NCBI GenBank assembly: GCA_947478395.1
Contig: CANJVR010000005.1
Span: forward strand, 1-64,000
Length of the DNA stretch: 64,000 bases
Reading direction: 5' to 3'
Origin: Opitutia bacterium
GTDB taxonomy: Bacteria; Verrucomicrobiota; Verrucomicrobiia; Opitutales; Opitutaceae
In this document: one piece after another, positions 9,334 to 17,676 of the stretch
Position numbering within the stretch: the first letter of the stretch is position 1
Layout of the letters: every line of letters starts with the position of its first letter
Translations under genes and position numbers: made by a program
The notes under the pieces: model-generated
Database searches by the model: none
Told to the model about the DNA's origin: nothing
The model's input: the letters and a program-made list of their open reading frames with translations, nothing else

Positions 9334-10182
9334 ATGTCCACGCCGGCCGACGCCCAACTTTACGCACAGGAAACGGAGTTCGCGCTGCTCGCGGCCCTGA
9401 TGCCGGTGCTCAAGGCCAAGACGTTCCTCGATATCGGCGCCGAGAAAGGCACGTTCGCGAAATTTCTCCTCGAACGCGGGTTCACCGGCGCGATGTTCGA
9501 GCCATTTCCCGGCCACCAGCCGGCCCTCGCCGCGCTAGCCGCCGATTCGGGGGCGAAATTTTTCCCGTGCGCCATCGATAAGATTGATCGGACCGCGCAG
9601 TTCCATATCGCCTGCGACGAGAACCACCAGACGGTCGATTACTATCACTCGCTGCTGAAGATCGAGCATGACGACCGCGTGCATCACGAAAAGGTCATCG
9701 ACGTGCCGTGTCGTTCGCTCTCCAGCCTCGCCGCGGCGGGCGAGATTCCGAGCGAGATCGGCATTCTTAAAACGGACACCGAGGGTAACGATCTGGCCGT
9801 GATGCAAGGCTTGGGACCGGTGCAGGCGGAGGTGTTGATCTGCGAATTTTTCACCGAAGGCCTTTACGGTGGCTGGGAGGAAGCGCATCCGCGGGGACTC
9901 ATCGCGCGCGCTGAGCAGCTGGGGTTTTCGCAGTACATTGCGATCAAGCGTTGGGCGGGCCAGGAGCTGGTCTCGTTGAAGCCGGCGGTGTTTCTGCCGA
10001 AGCAGTGGGGCAACTTGATGTTCATGCGGCTACGGGTGTTCAAAGACGCGGCCGAGCCGCTGCAGAAGCTCGTCGCCGCAAGCGAACAGCGTCTCTTCGA
10101 GGCGGTTAACGCCAACACCAAGGCCGCAGTCGAAAAAGAGGCGGTGATCCAGCAGCTCTTGGCCGAAAAAAATCGCGGGTAG
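9334..10182 (+). CDS. FkbM-family methyltransferase
   Basis: FLDIGAEKG, MFEP, ILKTDTEGNDLAVMQG, ICEF. Short helical tail. Confidence 0.9.
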   Translation: MSTPADAQLYAQETEFALLAALMPVLKAKTFLDIGAEKGTFAKFLLERGFTGAMFEPFPGHQPALAALAADSGAKFFPCAIDKIDRTAQFHIACDENHQTVDYYHSLLKIEHDDRVHHEKVIDVPCRSLSSLAAAGEIPSEIGILKTDTEGNDLAVMQGLGPVQAEVLICEFFTEGLYGGWEEAHPRGLIARAEQLGFSQYIAIKRWAGQELVSLKPAVFLPKQWGNLMFMRLRVFKDAAEPLQKLVAASEQRLFEAVNANTKAAVEKEAVIQQLLAEKNRG

Positions 10183-10265
10183 GATGGCGGATTGGCGGCC
10201 GCCGGCTGTCCTAGGGCGATTACGACGTGCTTTCAGTTCTGCGAACTCTTCCCTGTTCCTGTTCC

Positions 10266-10324
10266 TGTAGGCGGGGCGCCCTCAACCCGCATTGCTCTTT
10301 CGGAGCGCGGGCACCCCGCCCACA
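10266..10324. repeat. REP-like family A doublet
   Basis: tgtaggcggggcgccctcaacccgc ... gcgggcaccccgcccaca. Confidence 0.75.
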
Positions 10325-10417
10325 TCGGGCAAGGCGATCCGTCTCTGCGGTCCACCGAAACACGGGTTGACTTCCCGCCGCTAGAAACCGCACCCTCGAC
10401 CCTTATTTTACTAAACA

Positions 10418-12958
10418 ATGGGCGATATTAAGTTCTCCATCGACACCGGTCTGATCGAAGCGCTGAAGCGCGAGCTGCCGCTGGAGGTACTCGTGGAAAC
10501 CGGGACATTTGAGGGCGATGCGATCGAAATCGCGCGGCCTTACTTCCAAATCGTTCATTCTATCGAGCTCTCGCCCGAGTATTTCGAGCTGGCTAAGTCA
10601 CGTTTCAGTCAGGATTCAGCCGTCCACCTCTACCTGGGCGACTCCGGCAAAATGCTCGCGAGCCTGCGGCCCAAGTTCGCGGAGAAATCCGCGCTCTTCT
10701 GGCTCGATGCCCATTGGTGCGTCGCCCAGGACACCGGCGGCGAGAAATCCCAGTGTCCCCTACTCGACGAGATCCGCGCCATCGGCCCACTCGGTAACGA
10801 TTCCGCGATCATGATCGACGACGCGCGGCTCTTCGCCAGCCCGCCGCCCCAGCCCCACGAAATCAGCCAGTGGCCCCGCCTCGACGAAGTCATCGATGCC
10901 CTGCGCTCCGTCGGACAATCGCACGAGCTGAAAATTTTCAACGACGTCATCGTCTTCGCCCCGCGGGCCGCCCACGCCGCACTCACGGCCTACATGACGC
11001 GCCACACCGTCACGCTGCTGAAAATCAAAGATAAGGCCGACGGGTACGACATCCTCGATGCCCAGCTAAAGGAAAAACAGATTGAGATCGCTGCGCTAAA
11101 GAAAGCTGCGGTCGAGAAGGACACCGAGATCGTCGACCTGAAAAACGAAACCGACGTCAAGGACGGAGAAATCGCCTCCCTCAAAAACGAAACCAATTTC
11201 AAGGACACCGAAATCTCCTCCCTCAAGCACGAGGCCGATGTGAAAGACGGCGAGATCGGCTCCCTTAAAAACGAGACGAATTTCAAAGATACCGAAATCG
11301 CTTCCCTCAAGCACGAGGCCGACGTGAAGGACGGCGAGATCGGCTCCCTCAAAAACGAGACCAACGGCAAGGACGTTGAGATCGCATCGCTCAAACAAAT
11401 CTCCAACGAACGCGAGCAGCTCATCTTCACGCTCGATGGGCACATCAAGAATTTCCAGAAGATCGTCGCCCATCAAAATGCGGCGCAAGAAGCCCGGCAA
11501 GAGGAGCTCTCCCGGCTCACGGCGGCCGTAGCCGCGCTCGAAACCCAGCTGGCCGAAAAAACCGCTGCGCTCATGCAGACCAAAGCCGCACTCGCGGCCA
11601 CATCCGAGACGGTGAAAAGCCGCGATTCCGAAATCGCGCCGAAGCTCGTCCGTCTGGAAAAGTTGGAAAAGATCCTAGCTTCAATGCCACCCAATGCGGA
11701 AGAAATCTCCGGCTGGCTGGCGGACAAGGACGTTCACATTCGCAACATCGAGGCGCTCCTTATTACCCGCGATCGTGAGTTGGTGGCCCAGCGTTCCCAG
11801 CTGGCGGAACGCGAAACGTCGCTTTACCACTTACTCAACGGCTACGCGCATCTTGAGGTCGCCAAATTCTACGGCCGCCAGCTCGCTGAGAAAGAAGCGG
11901 TCCTCCAATCGCTCAAACGCGTCTGCGACGAACGCGAAGTCGTGATCAAACAGCTCGCGATCGACGCCACCACGTTCGGCGCGCAAATGCGCAAGATGAG
12001 CGTCGGGCTCGGCACTTGGTGGCAGGCGAAAGTCTCGAGGCCATTCGGCAAATGGCTGTTCGACCGGGTGGTGGAAAAATACTGGATGCAAATCGGCATC
12101 CTCCGCCAGTACCCTGCCCGCGCGATTGTCTGGGATCGTTTCCCGAAGCCAAAACTCGCCGTGCATCGCTTGCCGCAAGTCGGCATCGTGACTCCGTCGT
12201 TTAATCAGAAGCAGTATATCGAAAGCACGATGCTGAGCGTGCTTAACCAGAACTACGCCAAGCTACGGTATGTCGTCCAGGACGGCGCTTCGACCGATGG
12301 TAGCCAGGCGATCATCGGGCGTCACAAGGACAAGCTCGTCCATTTCGAATCCGCGCCCGATCGCGGTCAGGCCGACGCCATCGGGCGCGGCTTCAAGCAT
12401 CTCACTGACCTCGGCGATGACGACATCATGGCGTGGCTCAACTCCGACGACTTCATCAACCCGCGCGCGCTGCGCTATGTCGCGGAATATTTTGCGACCC
12501 ACCCCGACGTCGATGTCGTTTACGGCCATCGGTTGATCATCGATGAACACGATCAGGAAATCGGCCGCTGGGTGATGCCGCCGCACGACCGGGCCACGCT
12601 GGAATGGATCGACTACGTGCCGCAGGAAACACTTTTTTGGCGTAAACGCGCGTGGGACTTGGCGGGCGGCATCGACCCTGACTTCCAGTTTGCGCTGGAT
12701 TGGGATTTGTTGCTCAGATTTCAGGCCATCAATGCGAAGATCGTGCGTCTCCCCTATTTTCTCGGCAGCTTCCGCGTCCATGCGAACCAGAAAACGAGCC
12801 GGCATATCCATTCGATCGGCAGCGAAGAGATGACAAAGATCCGGACCCGCATCCACCCCCGCGGCATCGACCCGGAAAAAATCCAGCAGTACGCGGACAA
12901 AGCCCGCTTCGACGGGGCGATTTGCTCCCGGCTGCGCGCCATCAAAATTCGTTACTGA
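10418..12958 (+). CDS. Fusion of class I methyltransferase-like domain, long coiled coil and GT2 glycosyltransferase
   Basis: N-terminal VETGTFEG, SIELS, LGDS, FWLDAH, IDDARLF. Central heptad region. C-terminal IVTPSFNQ, DGASTD, DRGQADAI, WLNSDD. Confidence 0.85.
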   Translation: MGDIKFSIDTGLIEALKRELPLEVLVETGTFEGDAIEIARPYFQIVHSIELSPEYFELAKSRFSQDSAVHLYLGDSGKMLASLRPKFAEKSALFWLDAHWCVAQDTGGEKSQCPLLDEIRAIGPLGNDSAIMIDDARLFASPPPQPHEISQWPRLDEVIDALRSVGQSHELKIFNDVIVFAPRAAHAALTAYMTRHTVTLLKIKDKADGYDILDAQLKEKQIEIAALKKAAVEKDTEIVDLKNETDVKDGEIASLKNETNFKDTEISSLKHEADVKDGEIGSLKNETNFKDTEIASLKHEADVKDGEIGSLKNETNGKDVEIASLKQISNEREQLIFTLDGHIKNFQKIVAHQNAAQEARQEELSRLTAAVAALETQLAEKTAALMQTKAALAATSETVKSRDSEIAPKLVRLEKLEKILASMPPNAEEISGWLADKDVHIRNIEALLITRDRELVAQRSQLAERETSLYHLLNGYAHLEVAKFYGRQLAEKEAVLQSLKRVCDEREVVIKQLAIDATTFGAQMRKMSVGLGTWWQAKVSRPFGKWLFDRVVEKYWMQIGILRQYPARAIVWDRFPKPKLAVHRLPQVGIVTPSFNQKQYIESTMLSVLNQNYAKLRYVVQDGASTDGSQAIIGRHKDKLVHFESAPDRGQADAIGRGFKHLTDLGDDDIMAWLNSDDFINPRALRYVAEYFATHPDVDVVYGHRLIIDEHDQEIGRWVMPPHDRATLEWIDYVPQETLFWRKRAWDLAGGIDPDFQFALDWDLLLRFQAINAKIVRLPYFLGSFRVHANQKTSRHIHSIGSEEMTKIRTRIHPRGIDPEKIQQYADKARFDGAICSRLRAIKIRY
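11075..11410 (+). repeat. In-frame tandem repeat, 8 x 42 bp (14 aa, KDxEIxSLKxExxx)
   Basis: KQIEIAALKKAAVE / KDTEIVDLKNETDV / KDGEIASLKNETNF / KDTEISSLKHEADV / KDGEIGSLKNETNF / KDTEIASLKHEADV / KDGEIGSLKNETNG / KDVEIASLKQISNE. Confidence 0.95.
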
Positions 12959-13004
12959 AAAATTTTCCCGCCCCGCGCTGATTTTCTCGCTGTCGTAAAC
13001 CTCC

Positions 13005-16000
13005 ATGCTCCCGTTTCTTTTTATTCTCGGCGTTTTTCTTTTCTTCACGTTGCTGGGCCAGGCCATCGTGAGCGGGCTGAAAGTGCGCTTCGGCGTGCTG
13101 TGGAGCTGGTTCATTGCCCCCACGCTCGGCATGGGCCTGACGGTGCTCGCCATCAACGCCGCCAGCAAATGGGGGTATTCGGTCAGAGTCGCCGGTCCTT
13201 GGGTCACCGTCGGGCTCGGCGTGGTGGCGCTCGGTATTCTGATCTGGCGCCGGCCGGTTTTCCCGTGGCGCCAGCTCCTGCCATTCTACGGGCTGCTGAT
13301 CGCTTACCTCATCTACACCGGCTGGCCGATGTTCCGCTTCGGCTACAACTGGGTTTCGTACGGCAACGACGACATGGCGAACTACACCCTCGCCGCCGAG
13401 CGTTTCCTGAACAACGCGTACTATTACCTGCCGACCCAGACGGAGCTGGAGGGCACCGATTACAGCCAGCACTTCTGGTTCATGCACGCGTTGCAGCAGA
13501 TTCGTCCCGGCAGCGAGTTGCTGCTCGCATGGGCCTGTTCGATCACCGGCCTGAATCCTCACCAGATTTTCATGCCGATCATTTTTTCGCTGACGCTGCT
13601 ACAGCTGTTCAGCCTCGGCGCGCTCACGCTTTTCCGCGGACGCTACCGCAAGCTCGCCTTCGTTGCGCTGCCGATTCTGGCGATGAGCCCGCTCTTCAGC
13701 TTGGGCACGCTCTACCAGTTGATCGCCCAAGTAGGCGGCATCTCGATGCTCATCTGCGCGTGTTCACTGATCTTGCGCGACATCCGGTTTCAGTGGAACA
13801 CGGTCCTGACCACCGGCCTGCTTGTGGCCGCGATCGGCGTCACCTACCCTGAAGTCGCGCCCTTCGTCGCGCTCAGCATTCTCGTTTTTGCACTGCGTCT
13901 TCGCTACAAGCGCCCCGAGGGCTTCAACGAATTCGTGCAACGCATCCTCGTGGTCGGCGTGCTCACCTTTGTGTTGATGGGCATCAACACCTATCAGTTC
14001 ATCAACACGCTTATCCTGCAGTCGATGGGGTCGGCGGGCTTGGGCGCGATGGCGGATATTTCCCAGCTGGACGGCTTGGTGCTGTTCCCGTGGACGCTCG
14101 TGCCGTCGTTCTTGCCGATGGTTTTCGGCCTGCACGCGTTCGGTGTCGTGGGCAACGACCCGATGCTATCCGTGGTGATCGCCATCGGTCTGGCGATGAC
14201 GCTCTACTTGCTCATCCGCGTTTTGTTCAGCCTGTGGAACGGAATTCCCGCCGCGGTGCTCGGCATCATTATGATCCCGCTGGGGGTGTTTCTTTTTCTA
14301 AAGGGTCAGGACTTCGGCTTGTTCAAACTCGGGATGTTTGCGCAGCCGGTCGTCGCGTTCTTTCTCGCCCAAGGCGTGATTTGGCTCGGTGCCCATCGCA
14401 GCCGTGCCCTCATGTGGAGCGCATTCGGGGTCTACTTCCTCACGACCATTCCAAGCCACTACTACTACGTGCGCTCCGCCATTGGCGACATCGGCGGCGG
14501 TCTTTCCGAAGTCGTCGGCGCCTCCGAACAAGGCGTCGCCTTCAAGCCGCCCGTCGCACTGAAATACGATGCGATCGAGAGCGACATCACGAACGTCGTC
14601 AGCGCCAAGATGCTCGCGATGTACACGCGCGGCACCGACACGCGTTTCCTGAGCCGTAATTACATGGACAACGTCGCGAACATCGCGCCGCTCGAATTCC
14701 TCCGCAATCCCGACCCGGACTTCGGCGACAAACGGAGCCAGATGCTGCGTCCGCTGCACTTCATCCGCTGGATGTTGCCCGACGAGCTAATGAAGGGAAA
14801 CGTCGCCGCCTATAACATGATGGCGATGCGCAACGGCATCGACAATTCCTGGTCCGAAACGAGTTTCCGTCATCTCAACTACGAGCATCCGCTCTTCGTC
14901 GCGCTCCAGTCGAAGTACGATCACTTCAACAAATTCAACGACGCGATCGGCGAACAAAAGGGCTGGGGTGAACAGGGCCTGTACATGTTTCGCCCGCTCG
15001 AGGAAGTGAAGGACCGACTCATCTTCATCCACTCGGAACTTGGGCCGCATTATTACTCGTCGGCGCGTTACCGGGCTTCGTTCTTCCAGCGCGAGCCTGA
15101 GCCGATCAGCCAGAAGAAGCACTATTTCCACGGCACGGGCCGTTACACGATGTTCGAGGTACTGAACCCCTCCGCACCGGACCTCCGTTTGATGATCGAT
15201 TTTTCACGCACCTCCCTGGGCGGACCGCGCTCCGTCCTGCCACCCAATGCGCTGGTGCGGGGCGAACTGAATTATCCGGTGGGTTTCGTCGGCAGCGGCA
15301 GCGCTCGCATTATCACCGCGCTCATCAAACCACAGAATTTCGAAGGACTGAGTTATTTCACCCTCGATTTCGGTGAGAACGGCAAGGTGATCGAGAAACG
15401 CAAAACCGGCCTGATGAACTTGTACGGCCTGAAATATAACCTCGATGACCGCAATCTCGTCGGTTTCACGCGCGACGTCTCCGTCATCACCGAGGAACAG
15501 TATCGCCGCCTCAAGCGCCCGACCCGTATTGCCAGTCTGCCGTGGGACCTCTACGACAACCCCGGCCTCGAGTATTCCGGTGTGTTTGAAGACGGCTGGC
15601 TGGGCGATCGCGCCTACCTCAAGCTCGGCGCCTCTAAAAAAGGCGACGTCGTGACCTTCAAGGGCGAGATTCCCGACACAGCCGGTTTCCGCGCAAACGG
15701 CACGGAGCTCACGATCACCATCGCTGGTTTACCCTCGCAGCCCATCGTGCTGAAACCGGGCAAATTCACGCTGAACCGTTTCGTACCGACCGACGTCGAT
15801 ATCACCGCGGTCGAGTTCGCTTTTTCCCGGACCGAAAACTACGGCACGACCGACCAGCGGTATCTGGCCTCGTTTCTACACGAACTCAGCGTGCATCCCG
15901 CCGGCGATCTCACGACGATCGTGCAAACGCTCGACCGCAGCTCGGGCGACAGCTATCAGCTCACCGGCATCGACACCGACGGCTGGGCCGCGAAATCCGT

Positions 16001-16658
16001 GTCGTTCCAGGTCCCGCCTTCGAGCCAGCCCAAGGTGCTCGACCTCCAACTCGAATTGCCTGCCTGGGCCGCAGACGGCAAAGGCGGCCTTGAAATCACA
16101 GTCGACGGAAAATCGGTATATGCCGACGCCACGTCAGCCGGTGGCATTCAAACCATCAAGGTGCCGCTCTCTGGCGCGCAGGAACAGCAAATCGCCATCG
16201 TCGCCCAAAACGATTTCAAGCTCCCGAACCAGGCGGACAAATCGCGCTCTTATCGTATCGTAACGATGGCGCTGCGCGATCTCGCTCCCGGCGAAAAATT
16301 CGACGGTGCCGCCGTGCGCGCCGTGCCCCCGTATCAACTCTTCGACGTCGATCAGGACGGCTGGACCGGAAAGCGCGCCCGGTTGGCCGTGTCAGCGGCC
16401 GCCAAGGCCAAGACCGTCGAGCTCCAGCTTGAATTCCCCGGCTGGGCGGGCGCGCTCACCGGCAAATTCCTGTTCACGCTCAACGGCCGCTCGGTTTACT
16501 CCGAAGAACTGCCGCGCGGTCTCTACAAAACCGTGACGATTCCGCTCGATGAGGGCCGGGATAACGAACTCGTGCTGGAAGCGTCGCATGAGTTTGGGCT
16601 TCCCCCGCCGGACCAACGCGTGCGTTCCTACCGCATCGTGAAATACGATATCAAGTAA
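13005..16658 (+). CDS. 1217-aa GT-C-like membrane protein with large extracytoplasmic region ending in three repeated beta domains
   Basis: About 13 TM segments in the first ~490 aa, loop YGNDDMANY, YPE motif. Three C-terminal repeats start GVFEDGW, GIDTDGW, DVDQDGW. Confidence 0.75.
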   Translation: MLPFLFILGVFLFFTLLGQAIVSGLKVRFGVLWSWFIAPTLGMGLTVLAINAASKWGYSVRVAGPWVTVGLGVVALGILIWRRPVFPWRQLLPFYGLLIAYLIYTGWPMFRFGYNWVSYGNDDMANYTLAAERFLNNAYYYLPTQTELEGTDYSQHFWFMHALQQIRPGSELLLAWACSITGLNPHQIFMPIIFSLTLLQLFSLGALTLFRGRYRKLAFVALPILAMSPLFSLGTLYQLIAQVGGISMLICACSLILRDIRFQWNTVLTTGLLVAAIGVTYPEVAPFVALSILVFALRLRYKRPEGFNEFVQRILVVGVLTFVLMGINTYQFINTLILQSMGSAGLGAMADISQLDGLVLFPWTLVPSFLPMVFGLHAFGVVGNDPMLSVVIAIGLAMTLYLLIRVLFSLWNGIPAAVLGIIMIPLGVFLFLKGQDFGLFKLGMFAQPVVAFFLAQGVIWLGAHRSRALMWSAFGVYFLTTIPSHYYYVRSAIGDIGGGLSEVVGASEQGVAFKPPVALKYDAIESDITNVVSAKMLAMYTRGTDTRFLSRNYMDNVANIAPLEFLRNPDPDFGDKRSQMLRPLHFIRWMLPDELMKGNVAAYNMMAMRNGIDNSWSETSFRHLNYEHPLFVALQSKYDHFNKFNDAIGEQKGWGEQGLYMFRPLEEVKDRLIFIHSELGPHYYSSARYRASFFQREPEPISQKKHYFHGTGRYTMFEVLNPSAPDLRLMIDFSRTSLGGPRSVLPPNALVRGELNYPVGFVGSGSARIITALIKPQNFEGLSYFTLDFGENGKVIEKRKTGLMNLYGLKYNLDDRNLVGFTRDVSVITEEQYRRLKRPTRIASLPWDLYDNPGLEYSGVFEDGWLGDRAYLKLGASKKGDVVTFKGEIPDTAGFRANGTELTITIAGLPSQPIVLKPGKFTLNRFVPTDVDITAVEFAFSRTENYGTTDQRYLASFLHELSVHPAGDLTTIVQTLDRSSGDSYQLTGIDTDGWAAKSVSFQVPPSSQPKVLDLQLELPAWAADGKGGLEITVDGKSVYADATSAGGIQTIKVPLSGAQEQQIAIVAQNDFKLPNQADKSRSYRIVTMALRDLAPGEKFDGAAVRAVPPYQLFDVDQDGWTGKRARLAVSAAAKAKTVELQLEFPGWAGALTGKFLFTLNGRSVYSEELPRGLYKTVTIPLDEGRDNELVLEASHEFGLPPPDQRVRSYRIVKYDIK

Positions 16659-16668
16659 CGCGCCCGCC

Positions 16669-17601
16669 ATGCAGCTCAGTCTCGTCGTTCCCGTTTACAA
16701 GGAAGAGGGTAACATCCCCGTCTTCCTGCGCCGCATTCGCGAGGTGCTCGCGAGCGTAACGGAAGACTACGAGATCATCTTCTCCCTTGATCCTTCGCCC
16801 GATCGCACCGAGGACGTCATCCTAGAAGCGCGGGCGACCGATCCACGGATCCGCTTGCTAAAGTTTTCCCGGCGTTTCGGCCAGCCGATGGCGACGCTGG
16901 CCGGGATGGAATATTCGAGCGGCGATGCTGTGATCGTGATGGACGTCGATATGCAGGATCCGCCGGAGCTGATCGGCGAGATGGTCGCGAAATGGCGGGA
17001 AGGCTACGACGTCGTTCTGCCCCAGCGGCGGGAGCGTACGGGGGAGCCGTGGATCAAGAAGTTTGTTTCCGAAACCGGCTACAAGGTGATCAACAAGATC
17101 GCCGACGTGAGAATTCCGCCGAACACGGGCGATTTCCGTCTGATGGCGCGCCGCGTTGTGGCCGAGGTCGTGCGGCTGAAAGAGTCGCACGGATTTTTGC
17201 GCGGCATGGTCGCGGTGGTCGGGTTCAAGCAGATCATCATTCCCTTCGACCGGCCACCGCGCCTGGTCGGCGAAACCAATTACAACCGCTTCTTCGGATC
17301 GCTCCGCATCGGCTTCAACGGCATCTTTTGTTTTTCCACGTATGCGCTCACGCTGAGCACGATGTTCGGCTTCATCATCGCCGGTTTTTCGTTCCTGGTG
17401 ATGGCGGTTTACCTCGTCTACAAAGTCATGGGCTGGGAAATTCTCTGGGGGAATCCGACGCTCGTCATCCTCATTTCCTTTCTCGGCGGAATTCAGCTCA
17501 TCAGCGTGGGCATACTCGGAGAATATATCGGTCGCATTTATGAAGAAGTGCGCGCGCGCCCGAAATTCATCGTAGACCGCGCCGTGGGTTTCGACCGTTA
17601 G
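16669..17601 (+). CDS. GT2 polyprenol-phosphate glycosyltransferase (GtrB/YfdH-like)
   Basis: SLVVPVYKEE, FSRRFGQ, MDVDMQDPPE, TGDFRLM, two C-terminal TMs, GILGEYIGRIYEEVRARP. Confidence 0.92.
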   Translation: MQLSLVVPVYKEEGNIPVFLRRIREVLASVTEDYEIIFSLDPSPDRTEDVILEARATDPRIRLLKFSRRFGQPMATLAGMEYSSGDAVIVMDVDMQDPPELIGEMVAKWREGYDVVLPQRRERTGEPWIKKFVSETGYKVINKIADVRIPPNTGDFRLMARRVVAEVVRLKESHGFLRGMVAVVGFKQIIIPFDRPPRLVGETNYNRFFGSLRIGFNGIFCFSTYALTLSTMFGFIIAGFSFLVMAVYLVYKVMGWEILWGNPTLVILISFLGGIQLISVGILGEYIGRIYEEVRARPKFIVDRAVGFDR

Positions 17602-17630
17602 AAACGTCATGCACGCGGGACGCCCATTCC

Positions 17631-17655
17631 TGGGAGCGCGGGCGCCCTCGCCCGC
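17631..17655. repeat. REP-like family D (tgggagcgcgg...ccgc)
   Basis: tgggagcgcgggcgccctcgcccgc. Similar copies at 21714-21738 and 30118-30136. Confidence 0.65.
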
Positions 17656-17676
17656 TCCGGCATTTTCTCCCCGCGT

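Noticed and set aside
10251..10268. cctgtt hexamer repeated about three times as a phase-variable tract
   Set aside because: It is too short, intergenic, and abuts a REP end.
11075..11410. 42-bp periodic repeat as CRISPR or noncoding array
   Set aside because: It is in frame, has no spacers, and varies largely at synonymous positions, so it is a coiled-coil coding repeat.
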